64,000 nt of DNA from Verrucomicrobia subdivision 6 bacterium (GTDB taxonomy: Bacteria; Verrucomicrobiota; Verrucomicrobiia; Methylacidiphilales; Verrucolacustridaceae), in the NCBI GenBank assembly GCA_945874125.1, contig CAMCFB010000002.1, positions 517-64,516 on the forward strand, given 5' to 3'. Both the position numbers and the translations under genes were made by a program. Shown one piece after another: positions 50,273-60,852 of this stretch. A model generated the notes under the pieces. The model was not told where the DNA came from. It was given only the letters and a program-made list of their open reading frames with translations, and ran no database searches. Position 1 is the stretch's first letter, and each line of letters opens with the position of its first letter.

Positions 50273-50436
50273 TGATATTTTCCAATCGGCAGATTGACCC
50301 GTGTCATTGCTTTTTTTTCGGTAAGACGAGCTCGACCGTTGGTGATACCAGAGGATTTTCTTGAGCCCTGAATTCTGAACGATCCAAGGGATAATTCCCC
50401 TCGTGCTTTTGGGGAATTCTTTGGGCAGAGTGTCGG

Positions 50437-51720
50437 ATGCCCTTTCAACAGCTTGGTTTAGCCGAACCGATACAACACGCGGTGAAGGATGCAGGTTATA
50501 CGGAGCCCACGCCGATTCAGACTGCCGCCATTCCCGTCATACTTCAGCGAAGCGACTTGATGGGTATCGCTCAAACCGGTACCGGAAAGACCGCCGCTTT
50601 TGTTCTTCCCCTCCTCTCCCTGATGGCCACGCAACCCCCGCAACATCGCGGGATCCGGGCTTTAATCATGGTCCCAACCAGGGAGTTGGTCGTGCAAGTG
50701 GAGGAAAATGTTCACACCTACGCTCGCCACCTCCAACTTCGCATTGCCACCATCTTTGGCGGAGTCAGTGAACGTCCGCAAATTCGGGCTCTGCAACAGG
50801 GCGTTGATCTGGTTGTGGCCACCCCAGGAAGACTTCTCGATCTGATTCGTGGACGGGAACAAAGCCTTCGAACGCTAGAATTCCTAGTTCTGGATGAGGC
50901 CGACCGAATGCTCGATATGGGATTCGTCCCAGCCATTCGACAAATCGTACGCCTTCTTCCCCGCCAAAGGCAGACGCTACTCTTTTCCGCAACCCTTTCC
51001 CGAGAAATCGAGCGATTGACCCGAGAGTTCATGCACAACCCGAAACTGATCGAGATCGGTCGCCGCTCAAATCCAGCGGAAACGGTGACCCAATACTTAT
51101 TCGAGGTATCCCATCACGCCAAATCAGCTCTCCTTTCTCATCTCCTAAAGAATGAAGCCATGAAGACCGTTCTCGTCTTTTCCCGTACGAAACACGGAGC
51201 CGACCGTATTGCCCGTCGTTTAGAGTCCCTTCGAATCCCCTGCGCGACTCTGCACGCCAACCGCTCCCAAAATCAGAGACTTCGTGCGCTCCAGGATTTT
51301 AAAACTGGACGGGTCCGTGTTCTGGTTGCCACCGACATTGCCGCACGCGGAATCGATGTCGAAGGCATCTCCCACGTGATCAATTACGACTTTCCCCGTC
51401 ATCCCGAGGATTATGTGCACCGGATCGGCCGTACTGGCCGCGCCCAAGCAGTCGGAGAAGCGATCAGCTTCCTTGCCCATGATGATTTCGCCCACTTAAA
51501 GACATTAGAGCGGTTTCTGGGTCGTGGGATCCTCCGTAGGAAGGTTGAAGGCTTTTCCGAGCCGGCGAACACGGCCGCTCCCAATCGCCCATCCGGGCCA
51601 AGGGATCCTTCGGCTCCACCTCCCGCGCCATACCGCCCCCGTCGCGACACCATGCCTTGGCGGCTCCGCCGAAGTTACCAAAACAAAAGGCGCTTCCCTG
51701 GACACGACCGTTCCAACTAA
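50437..51720 (+). CDS. rhlE: DEAD-box RNA helicase (RhlE-like)
   Basis: PTPIQ, AQTGTGKT, PTREL, TPGR, DEAD, SAT, ARGID, HRIGRTGR. Confidence 0.92.
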   Translation: MPFQQLGLAEPIQHAVKDAGYTEPTPIQTAAIPVILQRSDLMGIAQTGTGKTAAFVLPLLSLMATQPPQHRGIRALIMVPTRELVVQVEENVHTYARHLQLRIATIFGGVSERPQIRALQQGVDLVVATPGRLLDLIRGREQSLRTLEFLVLDEADRMLDMGFVPAIRQIVRLLPRQRQTLLFSATLSREIERLTREFMHNPKLIEIGRRSNPAETVTQYLFEVSHHAKSALLSHLLKNEAMKTVLVFSRTKHGADRIARRLESLRIPCATLHANRSQNQRLRALQDFKTGRVRVLVATDIAARGIDVEGISHVINYDFPRHPEDYVHRIGRTGRAQAVGEAISFLAHDDFAHLKTLERFLGRGILRRKVEGFSEPANTAAPNRPSGPRDPSAPPPAPYRPRRDTMPWRLRRSYQNKRRFPGHDRSN

Positions 51721-51821
51721 TCATCCCACTTTCTCGGGAAAGTAGGAGTATGGGCGGCTCGGGAATAGTATTGGGATTGGGATGTTGACCTTTCCCTTTT
51801 TTGCTTCCATGGGTTAACCAC

Positions 51822-52139
51822 ATGGAACCGTCCCCATCTCACCCCCTTCAGCCCATTCTTGATCAGATTCCTTATCAGTCAGGGCGCTCCTTTGTACATC
51901 AAATCGAATCCGACCAGTGGAAAGATTTGGGCGTGAGAAAGCAGGACCAACTCCTGATCGAGTTTCGACCTCTGAAAGAGGGAGACCTAGCCCTCATCCT
52001 TCACCACGGCCAAGCAATCCTCACCCGCTACCGCCACCTTCCTCAGGCCACCTTCACTCCACCAGCGCCACTCGAACCAATCCCAAAGGATGATGCGGTT
52101 CTTCAGGGGGTCGTCACCTGTCTGGTCCGCACGATGTGA
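51822..52139 (+). CDS. degenerate peptidase S24 (UmuD'/LexA C-terminal-like) protein
   Basis: Pattern F...I.SD.W...G....D.LLI.....EGD.......G....R ... LQGVV..LVR; GTGA overlap with dinB. Confidence 0.65.
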   Translation: MEPSPSHPLQPILDQIPYQSGRSFVHQIESDQWKDLGVRKQDQLLIEFRPLKEGDLALILHHGQAILTRYRHLPQATFTPPAPLEPIPKDDAVLQGVVTCLVRTM

Positions 52140-53365
52140 ACGGCTCAACTCGCTCCATTCTTCATCTCGATGCCGACGCCTTCTACGCCTCGGTCGAGCA
52201 AGCGGCCGATTCTCGCCTTCGCGGGAAGGCCATTGCCGTCGGTGGAACCTCGCGGGGAATTATCGCCTCCGCCAGCTACCCCGCCCGCGCCAGAGGAGTT
52301 CGCACCCCCATGCCCACGTCCCAAGCTCTTCGCCTCTGCCCAGAATTAATCATTCTCCCAGGCGACTTTGCCAAGTATGAGCGCTTCTCCCAGCTCCTGT
52401 TTGCTTACGCCTATGACCTGACGCCTGAAGTCGAAGTTTGCTCGATCGATGAGGGCTACCTTGACCTGACCCATCAGCGTCAATCCCCCCGAGATTCTAT
52501 GCGTTGGCTCTCGCAGCAAATCGAATCGGAGCTCAAGATCACCATCTCCCAAGGCCTGGCCACGAATAAGTTCTGCTCTGCGGTGGCTTCAAAACTCAAA
52601 AAGCCGGCCAACCAAATCGAGGTGCCAGCGGGCGAGGAACAAGCATTTCTCGGTCCCCTGCCGGTGCGCTGGTTGCCGGGGGTGGGCACCAAGACCGAGC
52701 CCCGTTATCTCCACGCTGGGCTTTTGCATATTCAACAGGTTGCCACCCTGTCGTTATCAGAATTAGAAAAGATTGCCGGCTCTTCCGCCGGTTCGCTCCA
52801 GCAATTGGCCCAAGGCATCGATCCTCGGCCCGTCATCCCTACTTCACCGGATCCAAAATCGTTCGGTGAACAGGAAACCTTTGGGGTCGATCAAACCGAC
52901 GAGACTTACTGCTTGGCTGTTCTGCGCGCTATGGTCGATCGGCTTTGTCGCAAGTTGCGTGCCACGGGATTGGCCGCACGAACGATCACCGTCCGTGTGC
53001 GTTACCGCGACATGGAAGATACCATGCGGGCAGACTCTCTATCCGAACCATCCCCTCTCGAAAGTGACTTTTACCCCATTCTCCAACCCCTGCTGCGTAG
53101 ATGCTGGACGCGCTCCTCGCCTCTTCGCTTGGTCGGTGTTCGACTGACCAATTTTCATACCGCTCTGCCTGAACCCGAGCTGCCGCTGACTGGTTTACCC
53201 CAAAAGAGCACGACGGAGAGACTCCAGCTAGCCGATGCCACCGATCAAGTCCGCCGCCGCTTCGGGAGCCAGGCCATCCTTCGTGGCCACGATTTGTGGT
53301 TGCAGAAGAAACGGTCAGCTGGAGAGAGCCAGGGAGATCTTCATTCCCAACCAAGCCAGAAGTAA
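52136..53365 (+). CDS. dinB: Y-family DNA polymerase (Pol IV/DinB)
   Basis: HLDADAFYASVEQ, SASYPAR..GV, SIDEGY, SKLKKP, LPGVG, LRLVGV. Confidence 0.93.
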   Translation: MNGSTRSILHLDADAFYASVEQAADSRLRGKAIAVGGTSRGIIASASYPARARGVRTPMPTSQALRLCPELIILPGDFAKYERFSQLLFAYAYDLTPEVEVCSIDEGYLDLTHQRQSPRDSMRWLSQQIESELKITISQGLATNKFCSAVASKLKKPANQIEVPAGEEQAFLGPLPVRWLPGVGTKTEPRYLHAGLLHIQQVATLSLSELEKIAGSSAGSLQQLAQGIDPRPVIPTSPDPKSFGEQETFGVDQTDETYCLAVLRAMVDRLCRKLRATGLAARTITVRVRYRDMEDTMRADSLSEPSPLESDFYPILQPLLRRCWTRSSPLRLVGVRLTNFHTALPEPELPLTGLPQKSTTERLQLADATDQVRRRFGSQAILRGHDLWLQKKRSAGESQGDLHSQPSQK

Positions 53366-53713
53366 TCCGCCCGCCACGCTGGCCAATAGATAGAGCCACG
53401 CAGACCAATCCTCCCCTCGTCGAAAGAGAAGGAGCGTCTCGATGCTAAAGGCCGAGAAAGTCGTCAATCCTCCGAGAAGTCCCGTGATGATGAAGTAGCG
53501 CAGGTGAAGACCAAAGAGTGCACGATCGGGAATCCAGCCAAAAATGAGTCCAATAATGAAACAGCCTACCAGGTTCACACTTAAAGTCGCCCAAGGTAGT
53601 TTAAGATTCGGATAGTGGTGCAAAGTCCAGGCCGCCACCCCGAACCTCACCAGAGATCCCAAACCTCCGCCAATCGCCGCGGCGAGAGCATGGCCGATCA
53701 GATTCGAGCTCAT
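53315..53713 (-). CDS. crcB: fluoride channel Fluc/CrcB
   Basis: GG..GSLVRF, ATLSVNLVGCF, TGLLGGLTTFSAFS. Confidence 0.95.
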   Translation of the reverse strand: MSSNLIGHALAAAIGGGLGSLVRFGVAAWTLHHYPNLKLPWATLSVNLVGCFIIGLIFGWIPDRALFGLHLRYFIITGLLGGLTTFSAFSIETLLLFRRGEDWSAWLYLLASVAGGLLLAWLGMKISLALSS

Positions 53714-54033
53714 TTTTGCAAGAGTCCGCGGGCGAAAAGAACGCCCGACAGCCAACTTCCTAAGACCAAGATTACACCGAAAAGAAGGTGGAAGGTGTGT
53801 GGGGCAAAGGCTTGGGGTAATGTCATCGACTCATCCCTCTCCCCCATCGCACGAAAAAGGGTCAAACAGAAAAAGAGTGTACCACCGAGCGCCATTCCCA
53901 TCTCGACCAGTCCGCGAAAACGATTCCCGATGCGAAAGGTTCCCAGTCCAGGCAGAACGGTGGCATTCAATCCCAGGCAGTTCCGGGCCGCTTCCGATTC
54001 AGCGAGAATGGGGGGCTCGGAAGATCTGCTCAT
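53710..54033 (-). CDS. small membrane hypothetical protein
   Basis: LPGLG motif and TM segments; overlaps both neighbours. Confidence 0.65.
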   Translation of the reverse strand: MSRSSEPPILAESEAARNCLGLNATVLPGLGTFRIGNRFRGLVEMGMALGGTLFFCLTLFRAMGERDESMTLPQAFAPHTFHLLFGVILVLGSWLSGVLFARGLLQK

Positions 54034-54919
54034 AGGCCACCATGGTCGCAATTAAAGTGAGAGGAATCGTGACAAATAGCCCCACCACCAAACAAAGAGC
54101 GCCCAGAATATTGATCCCACCCAGAACGAGAAGAAGGATCAGGTAAGACCAAAAGTTATTCCGTACCCCTTTCCAGCTCAGAGACATCGCACTCCAAAAG
54201 TCAGTCGAGCTACAGGCCGCAATGGGCACAGCCATGGACCAGCAAATCAGCAGGTACATCATAGCGAGAAATCCGGATAGCAGAGGAAGACCCATCCCCC
54301 AGAGTAACTTGGGATGCGCCGCAATCTCCTCCATAACAACTCCCGATGCGCCAAACAACGCCACCGCCGGAATTAGAGCTAAAAGGAGCGGCGCAAAAGC
54401 TAAGAGGCTGGAAACGGTCGTGGCCAAAAAACAGGGCAGAAACCGCTCCTTTACAATTTCGGTCACATCAGCAATGCCACGAGTCTCGCCATGCAGAACT
54501 TGAAGACAAAAGTGGTAAACCCCGCCCAAAATTGGGCCATTCAGCAAAAAGGCAAAAAGAGCGCCCGCTAAAGGGATGCTGTTGAGCAAAAACTGGGCAA
54601 GAAAAACTAGGACAATGATGCCCGTAATCCTCCACGGGTCTTGGCGATACGCCCTCCAAGCTTGGCCCAAGCAATCCCCAATCCGAACCGTACCTGCCGC
54701 GAGCGGAGTTCCTAAGGATGGCCGTTGTGAAATTCTGGGAGGAATCGTGGCCTTGGCAGGATAGAATTCGGCAAGGGACCCTAGCTCCTCCCAGTTTTGC
54801 GCGCCCTCCCTCTTCACTTGGGTTCGCTCATCCGCACGACCCTCTCGAATCCAGCGATGAACCTCATCCACTGAAACAGGCCCGTACGTTTTGCCGTCTC
54901 CGCCAACGATGGAGTACAT
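53999..54919 (-). CDS. GYF_2 (DUF4339)-domain membrane protein
   Basis: YGPVS...WIREGR....VKREG..NW..L N-terminus followed by several TMs. Confidence 0.8.
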   Translation of the reverse strand: MYSIVGGDGKTYGPVSVDEVHRWIREGRADERTQVKREGAQNWEELGSLAEFYPAKATIPPRISQRPSLGTPLAAGTVRIGDCLGQAWRAYRQDPWRITGIIVLVFLAQFLLNSIPLAGALFAFLLNGPILGGVYHFCLQVLHGETRGIADVTEIVKERFLPCFLATTVSSLLAFAPLLLALIPAVALFGASGVVMEEIAAHPKLLWGMGLPLLSGFLAMMYLLICWSMAVPIAACSSTDFWSAMSLSWKGVRNNFWSYLILLLVLGGINILGALCLVVGLFVTIPLTLIATMVAYEQIFRAPHSR

Positions 54920-55037
54920 ATCCCATCATTGAAACGTTTTGGTTCACCCACAAGTTCCTTTTTCTTATCCACATCTTAATCTCAACCGAAAGGCGAGTTT
55001 CGTTGGCCTCGTTCCAGCGTTCCTTCATAAGAAAGTG

Positions 55038-55778
55038 ATGCGCGCCTCCCTCGTTTCCTTTCCTCTGGTTTGTCTTTGGCCTCTGCTCGCCCACTCCGCC
55101 CCGACCATGGAAACCCCCTCCCAGCCCTTCGATTTCGATACTCATCGGCGAAATCCGATCGAGGCGAAGCGCAAAGCCTCGTACGCCGCTGAGGGACGGG
55201 ATCTGCAAGACAATCTCCTGGCCGGCCCCAAGGGAGGCAAATCTGATATATCCAAACAAGCCGCTGGACTCTTTCCCGAGATGGAAAGTATCCCCCTGAA
55301 GCAGGAACCCGCGCCACTCCCGACGCCACGAGAGCTGACCGATCGCGTCACGGCCCAGCGGTCTGGTGAGGATACGAAAGGTCGAATCGATCTTTTGGCG
55401 CGGGGTAAAGTTGCCAAAGAGCTCAACCTTTCCTCCATGTCGGAAAGTGAATACGAGCTGTACGCCAGCCAAACACAGGATGCGATGGCAGAAACCCCGC
55501 AACGCCCGAACTTACTCAACCCGATGCCCACCGTGACCAATGTGAAGACAGATGGACCCGCCCACGCCTACTCCGTTACGCAGGCAGGCATCGGTGCCCG
55601 AGCCAAGACCGGCTCAAACCAAAATCCTTTCGAAGATGTGATCAAACTACTGCGCCTCGACCAGCCGGTGACCCATGGGGAGGATCCACTCCCCACCACC
55701 AAAGCCAAGATCGTGGCAACGGAAACTCCTGCACCCTCGGGCACGAGCCAGGCCAGTCCATCGGCCGGATCCTACTGA
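55038..55778 (+). CDS. exported hypothetical protein, Pro/Thr-rich
   Basis: Signal peptide MRASLVSFPLVCLWPLLAHSA; fills the gap. Confidence 0.65.
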   Translation: MRASLVSFPLVCLWPLLAHSAPTMETPSQPFDFDTHRRNPIEAKRKASYAAEGRDLQDNLLAGPKGGKSDISKQAAGLFPEMESIPLKQEPAPLPTPRELTDRVTAQRSGEDTKGRIDLLARGKVAKELNLSSMSESEYELYASQTQDAMAETPQRPNLLNPMPTVTNVKTDGPAHAYSVTQAGIGARAKTGSNQNPFEDVIKLLRLDQPVTHGEDPLPTTKAKIVATETPAPSGTSQASPSAGSY

Positions 55779-55864
55779 TTCGTTTCGACGAACGGCCCGC
55801 CCCCCGCCACCTTCAAAAACCGGGTTGGCTCTTGGAGTCCCTTTCTCGTATGTTCCTCATTCCG

Positions 55865-55953
55865 GGTGCGGTGGCAGAGCGGTCGAATGCGGCGGTTTGC
55901 TAAACCGTTGTACGGGTAAAACCGTACCGGGGGTTCGAATCCCCCCCGCACCG
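55865..55953 (+). tRNA. tRNA-Ser(GCT), CCA not encoded
   Basis: GGTGCGG/CCGCACC acceptor, GCGGT-TTGCTAA-ACCGT anticodon arm, long variable arm GTACGG..CCGTAC, GGTTCGAATCC. Confidence 0.95.
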
Positions 55954-56249
55954 GTTTATTTACGCCTTATTTTCTTTCCCTTGGCTACCGCTTGGTCAAG
56001 TTACCTGAGTGAACTCCAAGGCCTATCGCGCCGTATCTTCTGCCCAATCCAAGCGTTACTTTGCCCGGAAAAAGAGCTGGGCAGGCTCCCAATCGTCCGA
56101 GTCCTGTTTTTTTTCTTCTGCAAAAAAGCCCGCCCCAACATCCAAACCCCCCAAAAAAGGGCCAACCCTCTCCAAGTAATCGTTGAGTTATTGACAAACA
56201 TCCGAATTCATTCTTTGACCCATCCCTCCCTACTTAGGATGATTAACAG

Positions 56250-56513
56250 ATGCAGAAAATCATCCTTTGGGCTCTCAGTGGGTTGGTCAGTGTACTCTTG
56301 CTGGTGAACCTTGCTCTTGGATTGAGTACACGTGGGGCGATCTCCCAAATTCAAGCAGTGCAAGCGCAAGTGGCCAATGGTCCGCAAATGGAAACGGTTT
56401 TGCGTAATCTAAGCATTCGGATCGCCATGGCGGGTGAAAAAGATCCTGCCTTCAAAGAAATCCTCAAAAAACATGAGCTCAATGTGAAGCTCGATGAGAA
56501 AGCCAATCCATGA
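56250..56513 (+). CDS. small single-TM coiled-coil hypothetical protein
   Basis: N-terminal TM, amphipathic helix; ATGA overlap with the next gene. Confidence 0.7.
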   Translation: MQKIILWALSGLVSVLLLVNLALGLSTRGAISQIQAVQAQVANGPQMETVLRNLSIRIAMAGEKDPAFKEILKKHELNVKLDEKANP

Positions 56514-56827
56514 ACGACGATAATCAATCTTACGAATCCCCTGTTTCCTGTGTTTGGCCTCTGGTTACCGTCCTTGGCGCTTTCCTTTTGGTTAACTTGG
56601 TTCAACTGGTCTCGATCGTAAAAGAACGCCAAGCCGTGACCCAGACCACGACCGCCGCCGCCCAAGCGATCGGCCGATACAAAACCGTCTCGACCAAGCT
56701 GGAAGAGCTGGCCAAAGATCTCATGCGTCTCAGCCTGACCAATACCGAGGCCAAAGAGATTGTCACTCAGTTCAATATTCAGATGAATCAGCCCACTGCC
56801 GGGGCGCCTACCGCTACAAAGAAATAG
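56510..56827 (+). CDS. small single-TM coiled-coil hypothetical protein
   Basis: TM WPLVTVLGAFLLVNLVQL then coiled coil. Confidence 0.7.
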   Translation: MNDDNQSYESPVSCVWPLVTVLGAFLLVNLVQLVSIVKERQAVTQTTTAAAQAIGRYKTVSTKLEELAKDLMRLSLTNTEAKEIVTQFNIQMNQPTAGAPTATKK

Positions 56828-56839
56828 CTCTTCTCCCGA

Positions 56840-57709
56840 TTAAGGGGCTTTTTCGATATCGAGACTCATATCGATCGCGCGCGCACTGTGGGTCAGTGAC
56901 CCTACGCTGATCCACTCCACCCCCGTCTCGGCCAAGGCCCGAGCCCGCTCCAAGGTCACTCCGCCCGAAGCCTCAAGACCCACGCCAGAGCCCATCTCCG
57001 CTCTTTTCTGGATCACCCTGGCCACCTGCTCCGGCGACATGTTATCGAGCAGAATTCGGTCGACCGGTTGACCCAAAAGCTGGATGGCCAAATCAACCGA
57101 ATCCGCCTCAACCACCAAAGGGAATTCCGGAAACTCCTGGCGGCACTTTTGAATCACTTCGCCCATCTTTTCCTGAGGCAGGAAAACTTGATGGTTCTCT
57201 TTCATTAAAATCGCATCGTATAAGCCAGACCGGTGATTCACCCCGCCCCCTGCTAACACGGCCTTGCGCTCTAAAGCTCTCAAACCCGGGGTTGTCTTTC
57301 GTGTATCCAGGATCTTCGCCTTGGTTCCTTGAACGGCCCGCACAAAATCCGCCGTCCGAGTGGCCACTCCAGAAAGCCTCTGCAGAAAGTTTAACGCAGA
57401 GCGTTCTCCGGAAAGAATCGATCGGGCCGACCCGCTCACCTCTGCCACGACACAACCTGCCACCACCCGATCTCCATCTTTCACCAGTGACTTCCACTGC
57501 AGAGAACCGTCCACTTCACGGAAAACTGCCTCGGCCAACTCCATCCCCGCCACCACACCAGACTCCCTCGCGACCAAGGTGGCGACTGCCCGCGCCTCGA
57601 TGGGTACGGCCACCCGACTGGTTAGATCCACTGGCCCTACATCCTCCCCAACCGCCCGCGACGCCGCTTCTCGCACGACCGCCTGCCAATCCTTTTGGGA
57701 GAGATCCAT
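56840..57709 (-). CDS. nadC: nicotinate-nucleotide diphosphorylase (carboxylating)
   Basis: ERSALNFLQRLSGVAT, DTRKTTPG, NHRSGLYD, LLDNM, EASGGV, ISVGSLTHS. Confidence 0.96.
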   Translation of the reverse strand: MDLSQKDWQAVVREAASRAVGEDVGPVDLTSRVAVPIEARAVATLVARESGVVAGMELAEAVFREVDGSLQWKSLVKDGDRVVAGCVVAEVSGSARSILSGERSALNFLQRLSGVATRTADFVRAVQGTKAKILDTRKTTPGLRALERKAVLAGGGVNHRSGLYDAILMKENHQVFLPQEKMGEVIQKCRQEFPEFPLVVEADSVDLAIQLLGQPVDRILLDNMSPEQVARVIQKRAEMGSGVGLEASGGVTLERARALAETGVEWISVGSLTHSARAIDMSLDIEKAP

Positions 57710-57796
57710 CTTGTCAGCGTGCAATCTCCCCTAGGCAGAAGTCGAGGAAAACTACCCCCTCTTTTCACCGGCCAACCTTTCTTCTATCCTTTTCTA

Positions 57797-58834
57797 GTGA
57801 AAACACGGATCGTTCCAATATCAGCCAGCTCTCTCCGTGAGGCGTGCCAAATCCTCCAAGGAGGTGACCTCGTCGCCTTTCCCACCGAAACTGTCTATGG
57901 ATTGGGCGCCCTCGGACTCCGCTCGGACGCTGTGCAGAAAATCTTTCACGCCAAAGGGCGACCCTCCACCGATCCTTTGATCCTTCACCTACCCTCACCC
58001 GACCTAAATCAGGCCGTTACTCATCACTGGATGGCGGCTCCAATTCCCCCCTTCGCAAACGAATTAGCTAAGAAATTCTGGCCTGGTCCGCTCACCATGG
58101 TCGTGCCTAAGGGAGCCAAGGTTCCACTTGAGGTGACCGCTGGGCTTGGGACGGTCGCCCTGCGTGTCCCCGCCCATCCTGTCGCCGAAAAACTTCTGCA
58201 GGTGTTAGGCGAACCCCTCGCCGCCCCCAGCGCAAACCGCTTTGGTCGAATTAGCCCAACCGATGCCTCCGCTGTTCTCCAGGAGCTCGAGGGTAAAATT
58301 CCCCTGATTCTGGATGGCGGCCCTTGCCCGCATGGGATCGAATCAACCGTGCTTTCGCTTCTTTCGGATCCGCCCACCATCCTCCGCCCTGGCTCGATCA
58401 CGGCCGAGATGATTTCTCAAATAATTCAAACGGAAGTCCTGCTTCGTTCCCAACCCAGGGATTCGAAAAGCGCCTTACCCTCACCCGGAATGCTGGAAAA
58501 CCACTACGCCCCCCAAACGCCACTTTACCTATGCTCAGCCCCCATCGAATCCTTCCCATCTTCCTACCAGTTCATTCTCTACCATCGTCGCGCTGCCTCC
58601 CCTCAAGCCCAGACCTATCTTCTTTGTCCGGACGGAAATCCTTCGACGGCCGCCCAAAATCTCTACCGAATTCTGCGAGAGGCAGATCAGGTGGGTTCCC
58701 AAGCTATCTTCATCGATCCCATCCCAGACTCTCCTTGGGCTCCCGCCCTACGAGACCGTCTCCATCGTGCCAGCGCGGGCACCGCAAATTGGGCGAATGG
58801 CCAGTGGAATTTACGGCCGCGCGAAACTACCTAA
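57797..58834 (+). CDS. sua5: L-threonylcarbamoyladenylate synthase (Sua5 type)
   Basis: [51 protein letters not shown]. Confidence 0.94.
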   Translation: MKTRIVPISASSLREACQILQGGDLVAFPTETVYGLGALGLRSDAVQKIFHAKGRPSTDPLILHLPSPDLNQAVTHHWMAAPIPPFANELAKKFWPGPLTMVVPKGAKVPLEVTAGLGTVALRVPAHPVAEKLLQVLGEPLAAPSANRFGRISPTDASAVLQELEGKIPLILDGGPCPHGIESTVLSLLSDPPTILRPGSITAEMISQIIQTEVLLRSQPRDSKSALPSPGMLENHYAPQTPLYLCSAPIESFPSSYQFILYHRRAASPQAQTYLLCPDGNPSTAAQNLYRILREADQVGSQAIFIDPIPDSPWAPALRDRLHRASAGTANWANGQWNLRPRETT

Positions 58835-60852
58835 ATCTGCCCGCCTGGACCCGTCGCACCTTCCTGATCCTTGTCTTTCAATCCGACCAAGCTCAAGACG
58901 TGACTCAGCAGTCGTCCGACCGACTCCTCCACACTCTCCTTGGCCGTGTCTAGAATCAGATCCGCCTTTTCGGGAATCTCATAAGGAGAATCAATCCCCG
59001 TAAATCCTTTAATCTCCCCTTTCCGAGCTTTTCGATATAACCCTCGGGGATCACGCTTCTCGCAATCGGCAATCGATGCACTGATATAAATCTCAGAAAA
59101 GTTCAGGCCTGCTGTATGACAGGAGGCGCGCACCGCATCACGCTCTTTTCTTAACGGCGAGATCAGCGAACTAATCACAACCAGTCCGGATTCTGCCATG
59201 AGTTTCGCAACTTCTCCTGCCCGACGAATATTCTCGGCCCGATCGGTCAGGCTGAATCCTAAATCGGCGCACAGCCCATGTCGCAAGTTATCCCCGTCCA
59301 AGATCATTGTCCCAATCCCCCTTCTAAATAATAAACTCTCCAGCGCCACCGCCAGGGTCGACTTCCCGGATCCCGACAAACCCGTCAACCATATCACGGC
59401 TCCCTCATGTCCAAAATGACTCGCCCGTGCCTCTTGGGATACCCGACCCTCCGTCCACGTTAAATGCTCCCCCGTGACCGCCTTGGCCAACGAAGTCGGG
59501 TACTCCGCCACGGTAATGATTCCCCCTCCACCAATGCGTGCCCCACGCTGCAGGGCAAAGCGCCCAGTGGCAGAAACCTTTTCGTGAGCGTCATAGACCA
59601 GTGGGCGTCGGCACCGGATTCTCACCTCCGCCACTTCGAATCTCCCCACCTCTTCCCGCAGATCACTCGCCGCCTCCAGCTTTTCCGCATCGACCACTCG
59701 ATCGATCGCCACCAGACGCGCCTCGACCGATTGGGTGCCTAAACGAAGGGTAACCGGGGCTTGTAAACGCAACGGTTCCGTATCCAGCCAAAAGATTCGC
59801 GCGCGAAGCTCTCGGGATTCGACGGGAGGCTGGTCAAGCGAGGCTCCGACATGCCCGCGCTCGACAAAGATCTGCTCCTCCAGCGTGACCCCCACGCTTT
59901 GCCCCGATCCCACCTCCAAGACAGGTGTTTCTTCGCCCCACGATTCGATGCTTCTAATCCGACTGGCTTTTCGGTCGGGAAAAAAGACGACTGGGTCCCC
60001 CACTCGAATCCGTCCGCTTTCCAATTTGCCCGCGATGACTCGCCTGGCATCAAAGCGATAAACATCCTGAATACTGAAACGCAGAGGTCCATCCAGGGAT
60101 GGTTGACTCTTTCCTGCTCCCACCAAAAGAGCCTCCAGTAAGGTCGGCCCCTTCCACCAGGGCAGATGCGACTCATCCCGGCGCATCACCGTCGCCCCCT
60201 CGCGGGCAGAGATCGGGATGACCTCTCGGGGCACAATTTTCAGCCCCGCCAGATACTCTCGAATCTCTTTTTCGAGTAGACGAAAGCGATCCTCTTTCCA
60301 CCCCACCAAATCCATCTTGTTCACCGCGACAATGACCTTGGAGACTCCGAGGAGCGATAAGAGAAGGCCATGCTTCCGGGTCTGCTCTTTCAAACCCTCG
60401 GCCGCATCGATCAGTAAAATCGCCTCCTCCGCCGCGGCGGCCCCTGTGACCATGTTCTTGATAAACTCCCGATGGCCGGGTGCGTCGATAATTTCAAAAG
60501 ATTGCCCCTGATAACGAAAGCCAATCCTCGTCGTGTCGATGGTGATATTTTGCGCCTGCTCCTCCAGAAAAGCATCGAGAAGGAAGGCATACTCCAGCGG
60601 CATTCCCTCCTCGCGAGACGCTTTCTCCGCCGCCTCTAGCTTCCCTTCCGGCAAAGATCCCGTATCCGCTAAAAGTCTGCCAATCAGCGTGGACTTCCCG
60701 TGATCCACGTGACCGACGACGACAATACTCGTCCGTGGCTCTTCCGCACCTCCCGACGCCCCAGCTCCTCCCTGCCTTTTTGGAAAAAAGGCCGCGACAT
60801 AATCTTTAGGCACAGGCTTCGGTGCCGGAGGCATGACCACTCCCTGGCTCAC
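58831..60852 (-). CDS. cysNC: bifunctional sulfate adenylyltransferase subunit 1 / adenylyl-sulfate kinase (CysN-CysC)
   Basis: [19 protein letters not shown]; C-terminal [28 protein letters not shown]. Confidence 0.94.
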   Translation of the reverse strand: MSQGVVMPPAPKPVPKDYVAAFFPKRQGGAGASGGAEEPRTSIVVVGHVDHGKSTLIGRLLADTGSLPEGKLEAAEKASREEGMPLEYAFLLDAFLEEQAQNITIDTTRIGFRYQGQSFEIIDAPGHREFIKNMVTGAAAAEEAILLIDAAEGLKEQTRKHGLLLSLLGVSKVIVAVNKMDLVGWKEDRFRLLEKEIREYLAGLKIVPREVIPISAREGATVMRRDESHLPWWKGPTLLEALLVGAGKSQPSLDGPLRFSIQDVYRFDARRVIAGKLESGRIRVGDPVVFFPDRKASRIRSIESWGEETPVLEVGSGQSVGVTLEEQIFVERGHVGASLDQPPVESRELRARIFWLDTEPLRLQAPVTLRLGTQSVEARLVAIDRVVDAEKLEAASDLREEVGRFEVAEVRIRCRRPLVYDAHEKVSATGRFALQRGARIGGGGIITVAEYPTSLAKAVTGEHLTWTEGRVSQEARASHFGHEGAVIWLTGLSGSGKSTLAVALESLLFRRGIGTMILDGDNLRHGLCADLGFSLTDRAENIRRAGEVAKLMAESGLVVISSLISPLRKERDAVRASCHTAGLNFSEIYISASIADCEKRDPRGLYRKARKGEIKGFTGIDSPYEIPEKADLILDTAKESVEESVGRLLSHVLSLVGLKDKDQEGATGPGGQI

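Noticed and set aside
54864-55502. 212-aa minus-strand ORF
   Set aside because: Opposite a signal-peptide-bearing plus-strand ORF that fits the gap better.
55954-56249. Integrative element at tRNA-Ser
   Set aside because: No integrase and no duplicated tRNA 3' end seen.
55675-56307. 210-aa ORF spanning tRNA-Ser
   Set aside because: Does not lead into a recognisable protein, unlike the nfeD case; probably chance.
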